Positions 17,502 to 28,321 of a DNA stretch of 64,000 bases are shown here, one piece after another. The DNA comes from Synergistales bacterium (GTDB lineage Bacteria; Synergistota; Synergistia; Synergistales; JAFGMB01). The DNA is taken from positions 518,611 through 582,610 of the forward strand of contig OY762654.1 in NCBI GenBank assembly GCA_963666205.1, given 5' to 3'. Under the pieces are notes generated by a model, which was not told the origin of the DNA, made no database searches, and worked only from the letters and a program-made list of their open reading frames with translations. The position numbers and the translations under genes are program-made. Position 1 is the stretch's first letter. Each line of letters opens with the position of its first letter.

Positions 17502-19109
17502 TCAGTCAGCAGAACCATAGCCTGTCCTTGAATTTGCTGTTTCAAGAAGAAGCTTGGTAGAGTTTAGAAGATTCCTGACATCCTCCAGATTATCAATGCT
17601 TTCAGCCCTGCACTTAAGGTTTTCAGCCAATTCAGCAATGTCGGTAAGGAGTACCAGAATTTCCGGAGCCTGAGGCCTCAGACAAACGCTCACGAGTTCT
17701 TCTTTAGTGATCTTCTCCCTGGAAGAAGTCAATTCAAACTCCTGGTTAATGGATGGGGCTACTGCTTTAAACCCCTTCTGGTTCAACGTTTCAGTTAAAG
17801 CCCTTGATGACTTTTCTTCACCATGGGTAACAAAGAAAACAGGATCAGTATTAAAATTGGAAGCCCAGGTCAAAAGATCGTTTTTATCAGCATGGGCTGA
17901 AAAACCGTTTATTGTATGCAACTGAGCCTTAACGTTTACTTCCTCACCCGCAATGCGAACTGTCTTCTCCCCTTCCACGAGTCTCCGTCCCAGGGTTCCA
18001 GCTGCCTGATAACCTACAAAGATAACATGGTTCTTTTCATCCCAGATGCCATGTTTAAGATGATGGACTATTCTACCTCCGGTGCACATCCCGCTGCCAG
18101 CCATTACAACTGCATGCTTGACCTGGTTAACAGCCCTTGACTCGTCCACTCCTGATACATAGTTCATCTGCTTTGGAGCAAAGGGATTATCTCCTTCATG
18201 AATATGATCCTGAACCTCAGAGGAAAAAAGTCCGGGATAGTTTTTATATATATCTGTGGCAGTTACCCCCATGGGAGAATCAAAATAAATAGGTACGTTA
18301 TCACGAAGAAGCCCTTCCTTCTGCATCAACATCAGCTCATACATTAATCTCTGAGCCCTGTCCACTACAAAGGTCGGGATCATTACCTTTGACCTGCTCC
18401 TTAGAGCCTCTCCCATAACTCTGCGGAATTCAGCACGGGTATCGTCATTGTTTTTATGCACTCTATCTCCGTAGGTGGATTCTATTACCACATAGTCAGC
18501 ATCATCAATAACAGCTGGGTTTCTTCCCATAACGGGTTTCTGCGGTCCTAGATCTCCGCTGAACACTAATTTAACCTTTTCCTCTCCGTCATCCAGGAAC
18601 AGCTCCAGAACAGCACTGCCCAGGATATGGCCTGCATCCCGGAAACGAACTTTTATTCCGGGAACAACATCTATAATATCGTCATAGCTTGCGGGAACAA
18701 GGAATTCAATGGCCTTCAGGTAATCCGATTCGGAGTAGAGCGGTTCAACAGGAGGAAGTCCACGCCTTGCATTTTTCCTGCTCTGCCATTCTGCTTCTTC
18801 TTTCATCAGATGTGCAGAATCTTTCCAGAGAACTTCTGTAAGCTGAACAGTAGGTAATGTAGCAAAGATATTTCCGGAAAATCCCTGTTTGAAAAGAAGG
18901 GGTATTCTTCCCGAATGGTCTATGTGAGCATGGGTCAGAATAACTGCGTTCACACTTCCAGGAGTAAACTGAAAAGGTTCTCTGTTCTTGCGGTCATCAC
19001 CTCTACCCTGGTGCAGACCGCAATCTATCAACACCCTGTTTGAACCTACTTCTACCATATAGTTGGAACCAGTAACTTCTCCTGCTGCGCCCAGTACTTT
19101 TAGTTTCAT
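17502..19109 (-). CDS. MBL-fold beta-CASP ribonuclease (CPSF/RNase J-related, COG1236-like)
   Basis: THAHIDHSG metal motif, beta-CASP-sized insertion, C-terminal RNA-metabolising MBL region. 535 aa. Confidence 0.85.
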   Translation of the reverse strand: MKLKVLGAAGEVTGSNYMVEVGSNRVLIDCGLHQGRGDDRKNREPFQFTPGSVNAVILTHAHIDHSGRIPLLFKQGFSGNIFATLPTVQLTEVLWKDSAHLMKEEAEWQSRKNARRGLPPVEPLYSESDYLKAIEFLVPASYDDIIDVVPGIKVRFRDAGHILGSAVLELFLDDGEEKVKLVFSGDLGPQKPVMGRNPAVIDDADYVVIESTYGDRVHKNNDDTRAEFRRVMGEALRSRSKVMIPTFVVDRAQRLMYELMLMQKEGLLRDNVPIYFDSPMGVTATDIYKNYPGLFSSEVQDHIHEGDNPFAPKQMNYVSGVDESRAVNQVKHAVVMAGSGMCTGGRIVHHLKHGIWDEKNHVIFVGYQAAGTLGRRLVEGEKTVRIAGEEVNVKAQLHTINGFSAHADKNDLLTWASNFNTDPVFFVTHGEEKSSRALTETLNQKGFKAVAPSINQEFELTSSREKITKEELVSVCLRPQAPEILVLLTDIAELAENLKCRAESIDNLEDVRNLLNSTKLLLETANSRTGYGSAD

Positions 19110-19173
19110 GATCTTTCCCCAAAAGGGGAAACCCTCCCTTCAGCATATCGAAGATCTGAATCTGTAAACTCGT

Positions 19174-20550
19174 TTATTTATTTTCTATATTAACAAATGG
19201 AAGTCTGCAAGTTAATATGGCACCTTCTCCAGGAGATGATTCTATGACTAGATCTCCATGTAGAAGGCCAAGACGTTCCTTCATGTTCGCCAGTCCTCGG
19301 TGCCCTTCTACTCTAAGTTTCTGGAAATCAGGTGAAGGCTCAAAACCCTTGCCGTTATCCTGGATCTGGAAGACTACATATTCTCCCTCGCGGTAAACCT
19401 TACCTGAAACATTGTCAGCCACTCCATGGCGGAAGGAATTATTGACAGCTTCCTGAAAGACCCTAAAAAAAGACAGTATGTACTCTTCAGGAAGTGCTAT
19501 ATCCTCAGGGACATCAGCGGTAACTCTTATACCCAGGTGTCTTGAAAGTCTTTCAGAAACTTCTGTAAGAGCATTTGCCAAGCCGAGTTCAAGCCATGGA
19601 GGAGAGAGATCATCACAGAGTTCCCTAAGTTCCCTCACTGTAGCATTTGCGGCTTCTTCTGCAAGATGAAGGTGATCCCCACTATTTGTTTTACCTCTTG
19701 CGGAAGTGATCTGGAAAAGCCTTATCTGTTGGATAAAAGCGGTAACAGCCTGAAGGGGACCATCATGAATATCCCTGGCGATCCTGGCCTTTTCTTCCTC
19801 CTGTATCTTTACTATATCATTAACATAGCTGTCTCTGAGCTGATCTCTTTCTATAGCCGCTCTAGAAAGGTCATAAAGAACACTTCTCAGGCTTCTGATC
19901 TCAGATACAGCCCTGGGATCATCTTTCTCTGGTTTATCCTTTCCCCACTTGAGATATCCTATTTCATTAACAAGGGATTTAAGGGGCACTATGACCCATT
20001 TAAAGAGAGGTATCAAGGCTACTAAAGAAGAGATAACCATTATTAAAACAAGGATAAACCACAGATGACTGAATCTAACCATGGGTCCAAGAAGCTGTTC
20101 CCATTCTACCGCAGCTACAACAAAATACTGATTTTCTGATGTTGGAATAACCGCAATAGTATATTTGGCTCCCTTTTCATCCCTTATCTCGACTGCTTTA
20201 CCTATGGGAATGTCCGGAGTCCATATGGAGGCCAGATTCTCTGCACCAGAAGAAGCGTAGATCAACTGACCCTCCGAATTGACTATGGCTACCCAACCTG
20301 GAACAGAAGATGCCAGTGAAGACATCCCCCAACCATGGAGATTCATGGAATAGGGAAACATCCGTCTCCAGACAGGAGATTCCTGGTCAAGTTTGTAAGC
20401 CATATTCTGGGCAAGATCTTCAACATAAGACCTTGCTACCTTCTCCATGGCCCATTCATGTTGGAAAATACCGAAACCAGCTACAACAAGAACAGTCAAC
20501 GTAGGAAGCAGTACCCCCAGAGAAAGGACCAGAAGCAGGCGCCGCTTCAT
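19174..20550 (-). CDS. Sensor histidine kinase, HisKA_3 (NarX/LiaS/DesK) type
   Basis: Two TM segments flank a ~130-aa external domain. H-box RIARDIHDGPLQ. HATPase_c region (QDNGKGF). Confidence 0.85.
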   Translation of the reverse strand: MKRRLLLVLSLGVLLPTLTVLVVAGFGIFQHEWAMEKVARSYVEDLAQNMAYKLDQESPVWRRMFPYSMNLHGWGMSSLASSVPGWVAIVNSEGQLIYASSGAENLASIWTPDIPIGKAVEIRDEKGAKYTIAVIPTSENQYFVVAAVEWEQLLGPMVRFSHLWFILVLIMVISSLVALIPLFKWVIVPLKSLVNEIGYLKWGKDKPEKDDPRAVSEIRSLRSVLYDLSRAAIERDQLRDSYVNDIVKIQEEEKARIARDIHDGPLQAVTAFIQQIRLFQITSARGKTNSGDHLHLAEEAANATVRELRELCDDLSPPWLELGLANALTEVSERLSRHLGIRVTADVPEDIALPEEYILSFFRVFQEAVNNSFRHGVADNVSGKVYREGEYVVFQIQDNGKGFEPSPDFQKLRVEGHRGLANMKERLGLLHGDLVIESSPGEGAILTCRLPFVNIENK

Positions 20551-21182
20551 TCTATAAGTTCCTCAAGGGTAACCACACCATATTTCAGCCCTAAAAGAAG
20601 GGATTCCGTCTTGTTTCTGGCTCCAAGTTTGTCATATATCGAAGCGAGGTGTGTCTGAACTGTCCGTTCACTGATATAGAGTTGACCAGCCACTTCCTTG
20701 CTTGAAAATCCTCGAGCGGCAAGAAGAAGAACTTCCCGCTCCCGAGCTGAAATGGCCTCAGGTAAAAATTCCTTTTCCCCGACAGCCTGAGCAACTTCAG
20801 AATCCAGATACAATCCTCCCTTTGCTACGGTCAATATTGCCCTCGATAGATCTTCAGGCGTCGCTGTTTTCAGAATAAAGCCCCTGGCACCAGCCCTCAG
20901 TGAAGCAAGGACATATTGCTGGGCATCATATGAGGTAAGCATGATAGCTGCGACTGGTAAGGAAGATTCCTTGATCATTCTGGCAACAGTTACTCCATCC
21001 TTTCCAGGCATACGGATATCAAGAAGGGCTACCTGTGGTTCCAGCTTTTTTATGAGGTCCCAGGCCATATCTCCATCCGAAGCTTCTCCAACCAGTTCAA
21101 TAGTGTCCTCTGTTTCAAGATATGCTTTAAGACCAGCCCGGGTTAAAGGATGATCATCAGCAAGCAGAACAGTTACTCCCAT
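20547..21182 (-). CDS. NarL/LuxR-family response regulator
   Basis: REC domain (LLDIRMPGKDG) plus LuxR-type HTH (SSKEVAGQLYISERTVQTHLASIYDKLG). 4-nt overlap with the kinase gene. Confidence 0.9.
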   Translation of the reverse strand: MGVTVLLADDHPLTRAGLKAYLETEDTIELVGEASDGDMAWDLIKKLEPQVALLDIRMPGKDGVTVARMIKESSLPVAAIMLTSYDAQQYVLASLRAGARGFILKTATPEDLSRAILTVAKGGLYLDSEVAQAVGEKEFLPEAISAREREVLLLAARGFSSKEVAGQLYISERTVQTHLASIYDKLGARNKTESLLLGLKYGVVTLEELIE

Positions 21183-21368
21183 TTCAGGACCTCCAGATAT
21201 AAAAAGATCTTAAAATTAATTGTTCCTTAGAGAATACATTAACACCAGAGGAAAGACTGTCTTACAGTAAAAATACCTAAACTCCTCAAAAGCACATTAT
21301 TTGCAGGGGAGGGAAAGTTTCGATATTGTCTCTTTCAAAAAAGTCTTTTGGACATATACAAACCCCTA

Positions 21369-21869
21369 TCATTCACTTCTGACAAGGTGCCCTGTTGAAG
21401 GTTCCTTCATTTCCTCCACTATTTTCTCAACCAGTTCTCCTGTTTTTTCAAGATAAACAAGGCGTTTTATCATTGCATTTTTTATCATTCTTCTACAAAG
21501 AAGACACGGAGCTCCAGACGCTATTGATCCATCTGCATTAAAACCCGCTATGTAAATAGTTGCACCTTTCATCTTTACCGGATCTCCATTAATTATGGCA
21601 TTCTGCTCCGCATGGACTGCAACACAAAGCTCATACCTTTCACCCTTGGGTATATTCAGTTCCTCCCTGATACATTTTCCAGTATCAGTACAATTTACCT
21701 CACCTCTACAGGCACCATTGTAGCCAGTACTAACGATAACCCTGTCATTAACAATAACAGCACCATAGTATCTCCTGAGACAAGTTGCTCTTTGAGACAC
21801 CACCTTAGCTATTCCAATAAAATATTCATCCCATGATGGCCTTAAACGAAAATTCTCCTTCAAATCCAT
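21369..21869 (-). CDS. Deoxycytidylate (dCMP) deaminase
   Basis: Zinc motifs HAEQNAI and PCLLCRRMI. 166 aa. Confidence 0.85.
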   Translation of the reverse strand: MDLKENFRLRPSWDEYFIGIAKVVSQRATCLRRYYGAVIVNDRVIVSTGYNGACRGEVNCTDTGKCIREELNIPKGERYELCVAVHAEQNAIINGDPVKMKGATIYIAGFNADGSIASGAPCLLCRRMIKNAMIKRLVYLEKTGELVEKIVEEMKEPSTGHLVRSE

Positions 21870-22075
21870 CTCCCCACCTTAAAAGAAATATTTTCAGATT
21901 CATCTCCTGATGAAATAAAAGGCAAATCTCCGAGATCAATGAAGATAATCTGAAGAAATCAAATCTTTTCTCTACAATAAAGAATTATAACCAATAATGA
22001 ACATATCTACATTCTCCCGGATACAGTTATACTACAAAGATATATCTATATGGTAATCTATATCTGATTAACCTG

Positions 22076-23407
22076 ATGATGTCAGAAACGAGAGTAAGGA
22101 GGAAAAGAAGATTGTCCGAAATATCATGGAGAACCCTATTCGACAAAGATGACATGGTCGTAACTTCATGGTGCCTTTATGATGTTGGAAATTCTGCTTT
22201 TGCTACAACCATAATGGCCGCAATTCTTCCTGTATATTTCAGGGAAGTTGTAGCAACAGGACTTACTGGAACTCTCCCAACAGCTTATTGGGGGTATGCT
22301 TCAGCCATCGCTCTGCTTTTAAGTGCTGTCCTGGCTCCATTCATAGGAACTGTTGCAGATATAAGACAAAGTAAGAAAAGAATACTTGTAACCTTTACTA
22401 TAATAGGAAGTGTTGCCACTTCTGGATTGGCATTTATGGGACCTGGAGACTGGAAGTGCACCCTCTTCCTGATGATCATAGGCACTATAGGTTTCTCCGG
22501 GTCTATAATCTGTTACGATTCGCTTCTACCACACATAGTAAGCGTTGACAGGATCAATTACACTTCTGCAAAAGGGTATGCCCTTGGTTACCTGGGAGGA
22601 GGAATCCTCCTTGGATTCAATCTTATCCTTATCCGGACACTTTCTGGAACCATGGGTCCCCGTATATCATTTTTTTCTGTTTCTCTATGGTGGCTCATAT
22701 TCACAATTCCTCTCATTATTCACATCAAGGAACCCTCTACTGGCAAACCTCAGGAAAAAGGTACCTCCCTTTATGTTTCAACATTAACACGGTTGAAGGA
22801 AACATTCCTGGAGATAAGGCAATACAACGAACTTTTGAAGTTTCTTTTCGCTTTCTGGGTTTACAACGACGGTATCGGTACCGTGATCAGAATGGCTGCG
22901 ATCTATGGTTCTCAACTCGGCATAAGCATGAATCACCTTGTTGGAGCCTTACTTCTTACGCAATTTGTGGGGGTTCCCTTCTCAATGCTTTTTGGAAAGA
23001 TCGCGCATCGTGCAGGAGCAAAAAACGCCCTGTATATTGCCCTTTCCTGGTACACTCTTATCGCCCTCAGTGCAGTCTTTCTCAAATTCAACTGGCATTT
23101 CTGGTCTCTTGCCATTGCTGTAGGGATGGTACAGGGTGGAGCCCAAGCTATAAGCCGAAGTATGTATGCAAGCATGGTTCCAAAATCAAGAAGCGCTGAA
23201 TTCTTCAGTTTTTATGACATATCAAGTAAATTCGCAGGCATAGCTGGTCCAGCTATTTTCGGAATTATAACCCAGATAACCGGCTCAAGCCGTTTTGCAA
23301 TTGCTGCTCTCTCTACAAGTTTTGTGATTGGAATGATCATCCTTAGAAAGGTTAATCTTGAGAAGGGTATTGAAATGGCCCATATGTACAACAGACAGGT
23401 GAAATGA
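22076..23407 (+). CDS. MFS transporter (UMF1/Atg22-like)
   Basis: 12-TM-like hydropathy with a basic N-terminal tail. 443 aa. Confidence 0.75.
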   Translation: MMSETRVRRKRRLSEISWRTLFDKDDMVVTSWCLYDVGNSAFATTIMAAILPVYFREVVATGLTGTLPTAYWGYASAIALLLSAVLAPFIGTVADIRQSKKRILVTFTIIGSVATSGLAFMGPGDWKCTLFLMIIGTIGFSGSIICYDSLLPHIVSVDRINYTSAKGYALGYLGGGILLGFNLILIRTLSGTMGPRISFFSVSLWWLIFTIPLIIHIKEPSTGKPQEKGTSLYVSTLTRLKETFLEIRQYNELLKFLFAFWVYNDGIGTVIRMAAIYGSQLGISMNHLVGALLLTQFVGVPFSMLFGKIAHRAGAKNALYIALSWYTLIALSAVFLKFNWHFWSLAIAVGMVQGGAQAISRSMYASMVPKSRSAEFFSFYDISSKFAGIAGPAIFGIITQITGSSRFAIAALSTSFVIGMIILRKVNLEKGIEMAHMYNRQVK

Positions 23408-24114
23408 AAAAGATGATAAAAGAACATTTATACAGGACTCCAGCCATATTCATTCTAACCCTGATTTATTTATGTTCCATAAATTCTTTGGCACTTGCAG
23501 GGAAAATAGATAGTTTCCCCGGTAATTACTCCCATTCTCTTACATCAGATCCCTGGATAGCACTGACCTTTGACGATGGGCCACATATGTGGTACACCTC
23601 CCGAATATTGGAAGCCCTGGAAAACGATAGGGCAAAAGCTTCATTCTTCCTGGTGGGGAAATTATGCATCAGGTATCCGGAACTTGTTGAAGAGATTTTC
23701 ACTCACGGACATTCAATTGCTAATCACACATTCAACCACTGGAATATGACAAGGCTGAACGAGGATAGATGTCTTTTCGAATGGCTGGCTTGTAGTGAAG
23801 CGATAGAAAATATCATTGGGGAAAAAACAAGATTCTGCAGACCACCGGGAGGGAAACTCAACGAAGATGTTATAAAAAGTGCCGAAAGAGCAGGACTGAT
23901 GGTAATAACATGGACTATCAACAGCCTGGACTGCTCAGGAAAAAGCTCTGATGAGTTAAAACATATAATTCTCTCCAGGTTGGAACCTGGAGCAATAATC
24001 CTTCTCCATGACGGGTTTGTTACCACACTGGAGGCCCTGCCAGATCTCATAAGGATCATTCGGGAAAAAGGTTATAAGCTGGTGACTCTGGATGAGATGT
24101 TCTATAAACGATGA
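23404..24114 (+). CDS. Polysaccharide deacetylase (NodB homology domain), secreted or anchored
   Basis: TFDDGP and HTFNH motifs with an N-terminal hydrophobic segment. ATGA overlap with the MFS gene. Confidence 0.85.
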   Translation: MKKMIKEHLYRTPAIFILTLIYLCSINSLALAGKIDSFPGNYSHSLTSDPWIALTFDDGPHMWYTSRILEALENDRAKASFFLVGKLCIRYPELVEEIFTHGHSIANHTFNHWNMTRLNEDRCLFEWLACSEAIENIIGEKTRFCRPPGGKLNEDVIKSAERAGLMVITWTINSLDCSGKSSDELKHIILSRLEPGAIILLHDGFVTTLEALPDLIRIIREKGYKLVTLDEMFYKR

Positions 24115-24165
24115 ATAGGCGTGATAAACGTTCAACCCTTAACTATACAGGGACTTTCCGGTCTA

Positions 24166-24981
24166 TCACCAACCCGGGAGAGAGCACCTTTGAAAAAGGT
24201 CCGATTTTTTCATTTCCGATCTGATCCCAAACCTGGTAAGGACAAAATCATACCTGGTCGGATCATAAGGAACGATCTTTTTAAATGCGTCCGTAATCTC
24301 AATAGCTGCCTTGAGATCAGCCTGCTTTCGTTCAGTCATACCAAATGAAATTGCTATGCTGAAAATATGGGTATCTACAGGCATTATCAGTTGTTCCGGT
24401 CTGATCTTTTCCCATCCGCCAGGATCTACTTCGTCCTTTCTTGTCATCCACTTCAGAAATAAAAAATGCCTTTTGCATGCACTTCCAAGAATCGGCCTTG
24501 AAAGAAGGCTGGAGCGATCCAGTCCGCTTTTATTTGCAATGCATGATACCATAGAATTCAAAGAGGATATGATATTTCCGGTTTCATCCATATTAGAAAA
24601 CAGACAGTTTTCAATACTTCCGTATTCTTCAAGAAGTCTCCTGATACCGATGAGAAGATGGCATATTTCATCACCAGTGGTAAAACGATGTTTGAATCCT
24701 CCATACATGGATTTCAGATCTTCCATTTGTGCATTCATAACATAGTTGGAGGGAGAATCGCCCATGGGTTCAAGAATCCTTGAAACACTTTTAAGAATCT
24801 GTTGAACTCTTCCATATGCGAGTGAGGAGGCTATGAAACCTGCTATCTCCCGGTCCAGTAGAGATTCGTAACCATAGAGGAACTCCAGAGGATCAGGATG
24901 AACATATTCCCTCTTGTTATACTCGTCATATATTTTTTCAAATATCAGGAAAAATTCGTCAAAGCAGGACTTGTGATCCAA
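24166..24981 (-). CDS. Conserved hypothetical protein (DUF2400/TIGR02757-like)
   Basis: 271 aa. The family assignment is from memory of the DPLEFLY...LAYGRV pattern only. Confidence 0.5.
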   Translation of the reverse strand: MDHKSCFDEFFLIFEKIYDEYNKREYVHPDPLEFLYGYESLLDREIAGFIASSLAYGRVQQILKSVSRILEPMGDSPSNYVMNAQMEDLKSMYGGFKHRFTTGDEICHLLIGIRRLLEEYGSIENCLFSNMDETGNIISSLNSMVSCIANKSGLDRSSLLSRPILGSACKRHFLFLKWMTRKDEVDPGGWEKIRPEQLIMPVDTHIFSIAISFGMTERKQADLKAAIEITDAFKKIVPYDPTRYDFVLTRFGIRSEMKKSDLFQRCSLPGW

Positions 24982-25027
24982 ATCTCCATACTCCTTTTGG
25001 TCATTTCAAAGTTATTTCAAGATCAGA

Positions 25028-25552
25028 TCAATCATTAAAAATGCTTGTGGGAGCATTCATTGGGGATTTCCCCTTCTTCAGTTCGTGATAGGCTTTATAT
25101 GTAAGTGGTACACCGTCTTTAAGTTTCTCCGCATTGGTAACTCTTCCAATAAAGATCCTGTGGGTGTATGCGGGGACCATAGAGAACACTTCTGCACATA
25201 CAACGGAAAGTGTATGCTGTGTAACAATTGGCAGACAGTCTCCATGGACCTTGAACTCGCATTTTGCGAACTTGTCCACATCTCTGCCGCAACGAAAACC
25301 AAAAGTGCCGATGAAAGGAAGGGGAACGCTTTCATCAAGGATTGATATAGAAAAGGTTCTGCTCTTTTCGAGCAATTCTGTCGTGTAATTATCCTTGTGG
25401 AGCGCGATGGCAATACTGATATCAGGATCGCCGGATACCTGCATGGCAGTATTAATCACCTGGCCATTGAACTTACCTTGATAACCTGTACTTACAATAT
25501 AGACCCCACTGGAGATAAGGTACAGAGCCTGCCTGTCAATGGATACTGTCAT
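25028..25552 (-). CDS. Flavin reductase-like FMN-binding protein
   Basis: Flavin_Reduct-like beta-barrel pattern (ISSGVYIVST...NGQVINTAMQVS). Start moved to ATG 25552, 8 nt after an AAAGGAG RBS. Confidence 0.7.
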   Translation of the reverse strand: MTVSIDRQALYLISSGVYIVSTGYQGKFNGQVINTAMQVSGDPDISIAIALHKDNYTTELLEKSRTFSISILDESVPLPFIGTFGFRCGRDVDKFAKCEFKVHGDCLPIVTQHTLSVVCAEVFSMVPAYTHRIFIGRVTNAEKLKDGVPLTYKAYHELKKGKSPMNAPTSIFND

Positions 25553-25602
25553 GGGATACACTCCTTTCAAAGTAAAAGATCAAATTATTTTCCTATTGGT
25601 CA

Positions 25603-25642
25603 TTATAAAGGAAAGGGGCTTCACTCAACAGAGTGAGCCCCT
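25603..25642 (-). terminator. Intrinsic terminator after ferritin
   Basis: aggggct(t)cactc / gagtgagcccct stem with one bulge, followed on the minus strand by a T-rich tract. Confidence 0.65.
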
Positions 25643-25680
25643 GGTATTTACTCTAAATCAAGGAAAGAATTATCGACTCA

Positions 25681-26190
25681 TTATTCCTCTTCAGAAGGGA
25701 CAGCACCACGACCCCCAAGTTCCTTGTCAAGCATGTAAAGACCATGTTTTGCATCCCCGATCATTTCCATCTTGCTTACGATCTCACTGACATTTGCCTC
25801 TTCTTCAACCTGCTCGGTAACAAACCACTGAAGCATTATCCCCGTAGCATGGTCCTTTTCCTTAATGGCAAGATCAGCAAGGTCATTGATCCTGCCGGTA
25901 ATATACTGTTCATGCTCATAACTTGCCTTAAACACCTCTATGGGTGAACCCCAATCGAAAGCAGGTTCTTCAATTGCCATAAGTCTTACCCTGCCGCCTC
26001 TTTCGATAATGTAATCGTAGAATTTAAGGGCATGGGTCATCTCTTCCTGAGCCTGTAGATTCATCCATGTGGCCATACCTGTAAGGTTAATATCTGAAAA
26101 ATATGCACTCATAGATTTGTACAGATAGGCTGAAAACATTTCCGCATTAATCTGGCTGTTAATCGCTTCTTCGATTTTTTTGTTGATCAT
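25681..26190 (-). CDS. ftn: Ferritin (non-haem, Ftn-type)
   Basis: Ferroxidase-centre residues in EEMTHALKF and YEHEQ contexts. 169 aa. Its ATG directly abuts the dfx stop codon (TAAATG). Confidence 0.9.
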   Translation of the reverse strand: MINKKIEEAINSQINAEMFSAYLYKSMSAYFSDINLTGMATWMNLQAQEEMTHALKFYDYIIERGGRVRLMAIEEPAFDWGSPIEVFKASYEHEQYITGRINDLADLAIKEKDHATGIMLQWFVTEQVEEEANVSEIVSKMEMIGDAKHGLYMLDKELGGRGAVPSEEE

Positions 26191-26556
26191 TTACATCTGC
26201 CCCTTCCATAATCCGTGTACATTACAATACTCTCTTGCCATTTCGGGTTTAAACTCCTCAAATAATGCTTCTGGTTCCATACCGGGTTTAAGAAATTTCC
26301 TGTAAATCCTGTCTCCAGAAATTATTTCAATCCATTCAATAAAATGGTTATCTGCCATTGGATGAGGCACGCTGCCAACCTTGACCTTCTTACCCTCCAC
26401 TACAGGAACGTGTTTCTCAAGAGCGGAATCAGCAGTCTGTTCCTCAAGAAGTTTCATAGGCTGTCCACAACATACCAGATCTCCAGAACCCTTATGCAGC
26501 ACTTCTACAACATTACCGCAAAGCTCACATTTGTACACTTCCAGACGCTCAGTCAT
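26191..26556 (-). CDS. dfx: Desulfoferrodoxin (2Fe superoxide reductase)
   Basis: N-terminal desulforedoxin CxxC...CC ([10 protein letters not shown]...VCCG) plus centre II ligands ([18 protein letters not shown]). 121 aa. Confidence 0.9.
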   Translation of the reverse strand: MTERLEVYKCELCGNVVEVLHKGSGDLVCCGQPMKLLEEQTADSALEKHVPVVEGKKVKVGSVPHPMADNHFIEWIEIISGDRIYRKFLKPGMEPEALFEEFKPEMAREYCNVHGLWKGQM

Positions 26557-26663
26557 TTATTACCCTCCTTTTCAGCAATTCTTTCAAGTTAAGGCTCTAA
26601 CTATTACATCTGATATTTTACCACTTTGCTGTATCTCCGTGTAGTTTTTATCTTTGCACATAG

Positions 26664-26694
26664 ATTATATAGCCTATGGGGGTATATCTGTCAA
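26664..26694 (-). promoter_or_regulatory. Promoter of the dfx-ftn operon
   Basis: Minus strand reads TTGACA (26694..26689), 19 nt, TATAAT (26669..26664), or alternatively a 17-nt spacer to TATATA. The spacer carries ATATACCCCCATAGGCTATA. Confidence 0.5.
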
Positions 26695-26734
26695 GCTTTA
26701 TATTGTATCCAGAACAAGGGGGGTATTGAAATTC

Positions 26735-26764
26735 AAAAAAAAGGGAGGCTGTAAAGCCTCCCTT
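26735..26764 (-). terminator. Intrinsic terminator of the NCS2 permease gene
   Basis: aagggaggct / agcctccctt 10-bp stem with a 4-nt loop and a T8 run on the minus strand. Confidence 0.75.
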
Positions 26765-26796
26765 GGATCACTTCAATATCTACCTCTTTTTATCTG

Positions 26797-28164
26797 TCAA
26801 GCTTTTACGGTAAAACCTCTTTCTTCCTGTGTACCCGGTATGAGGTTATCAAGAATACATGCAGATATTCCCGCGACAGCCATAGCTGTATTACCGAGAG
26901 CCCAAACTATCTGGCCAAAGATACCCCATGCAAAGAATATGTCTTTATGGTCACCAACCCATGAAGGAAGACCCAGGGCCATGAGAAAAGCAAAACCGAC
27001 TATCATGACATTCCTTTGAGAGTTCATGTCCGCTCTCATAAGGGCCTGGACTCCCAGAGCTCCTATTATTCCAAAAAGAGCAATGTAACATCCACCAATT
27101 ATAGGAGTCGGTATAGTGGCAACAAGCGCTCCAAGTTTACCGATAAAGCTCATAATCAACAGGATAACTGCCCCTGTTCTTACAACATTTCTGGATGCTA
27201 CACCCGTGAGACCTATGAGTCCAATATTTTCAGTATATGAAGTACATGCTACAGCCCCGGTAAGGCCGCCAATAACACATCCTATTCCTTCTGCTCCTAT
27301 ACCACGGTTAATGGTCATCTCAGAAGGGTCTGGAAGATCCGCAGCGTTACAGACGTTAAAATAATCTCCGATAGACTCGATGAAAACTGCAAAGAAACCT
27401 GCCATTATGGCACCGAAAGCGACAAGGCTGAACTTTGGAAAACCCCAGGGTGCAACCCCTGTAAAGCGGAACCAGGGTGCATTCTTAACTGCTGCAAGAT
27501 CTATAAATACGGGGTGATCTACTCCTATGATCCCTGTTACACTGAGAAGAAGGCATATCATATAGACTATTACAATAGAAGAAAGTATCGAAAAGATATT
27601 AAGATACTTATTATCGATCCTCAGGCTGAAAACAAAGATAAGGAAAACAACTGCAAGAGAGGCTGGCCAGAAATTCGCCGCATTCATTCCAACTGCAACA
27701 GGGGCCAAGCTGAAACCGATAGCCATTATGGTAGGACCTATGGTAACAGGACCAATGAACTTCTTAACCTTACCGACTAGTTTTGTATAACCAACCAGAG
27801 ACATAAGGATGCCTCCAAGAATAAGGGCTCCACCAATGTATTGCATACATACGCTTGCTCCCATACTGCCGTAAATCCCGATTATTGTCATTATCGGGGG
27901 AATAAAGCTGAATGAAGATCCTTGTACAATGGGAAGGCCCGAACCAAATTTACTGGTTTGAAGCAATGTCGCCAATCCCATGGCAAAATATACACAACTG
28001 ACAAAAAAACCCACTTCAAGGGCTGACATGCCCATAGCTGGGCCGAATATCAATGGGACAAGAGTGGTAGCACCAAAAAGAGTGAGGACATGTTGCGCAC
28101 CTGCCAGAGCAAGTATTGGCAAGGGGGGAGTATCATCAACTTTGTAGACGAGTTGTTTAGCCAT
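26797..28164 (-). CDS. NCS2-family nucleobase (xanthine/uracil) permease
   Basis: Polytopic protein with an NCS2-like pattern. Start moved to M14 (MAKQLVYKVDD), which has a GGAGGTG RBS 6 nt upstream. Confidence 0.85.
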   Translation of the reverse strand: MAKQLVYKVDDTPPLPILALAGAQHVLTLFGATTLVPLIFGPAMGMSALEVGFFVSCVYFAMGLATLLQTSKFGSGLPIVQGSSFSFIPPIMTIIGIYGSMGASVCMQYIGGALILGGILMSLVGYTKLVGKVKKFIGPVTIGPTIMAIGFSLAPVAVGMNAANFWPASLAVVFLIFVFSLRIDNKYLNIFSILSSIVIVYMICLLLSVTGIIGVDHPVFIDLAAVKNAPWFRFTGVAPWGFPKFSLVAFGAIMAGFFAVFIESIGDYFNVCNAADLPDPSEMTINRGIGAEGIGCVIGGLTGAVACTSYTENIGLIGLTGVASRNVVRTGAVILLIMSFIGKLGALVATIPTPIIGGCYIALFGIIGALGVQALMRADMNSQRNVMIVGFAFLMALGLPSWVGDHKDIFFAWGIFGQIVWALGNTAMAVAGISACILDNLIPGTQEERGFTVKA

Positions 28165-28321
28165 CAAGAGCACCTCCAAGGTCGTTTTCAAATATTCTAC
28201 CATTTCATGTAACCGGTTGCATAAACTAAAGATTAACTTTACATATAATCTTTTCAGGATGTAACTCTAATATTTATGATATATAGAGTTAAGATAGAGT
28301 TATTCAGGGGGAGGTAAAGGC

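Noticed and set aside
26664-26694. First impression that the dfx-ftn promoter is a perfect TTGACA-17-TATAAT consensus.
   Set aside because: Recounting gives a 19-nt spacer to TATAAT, or a 17-nt spacer to the weaker TATATA. It is a good promoter but not a perfect consensus, so the claim was downgraded.
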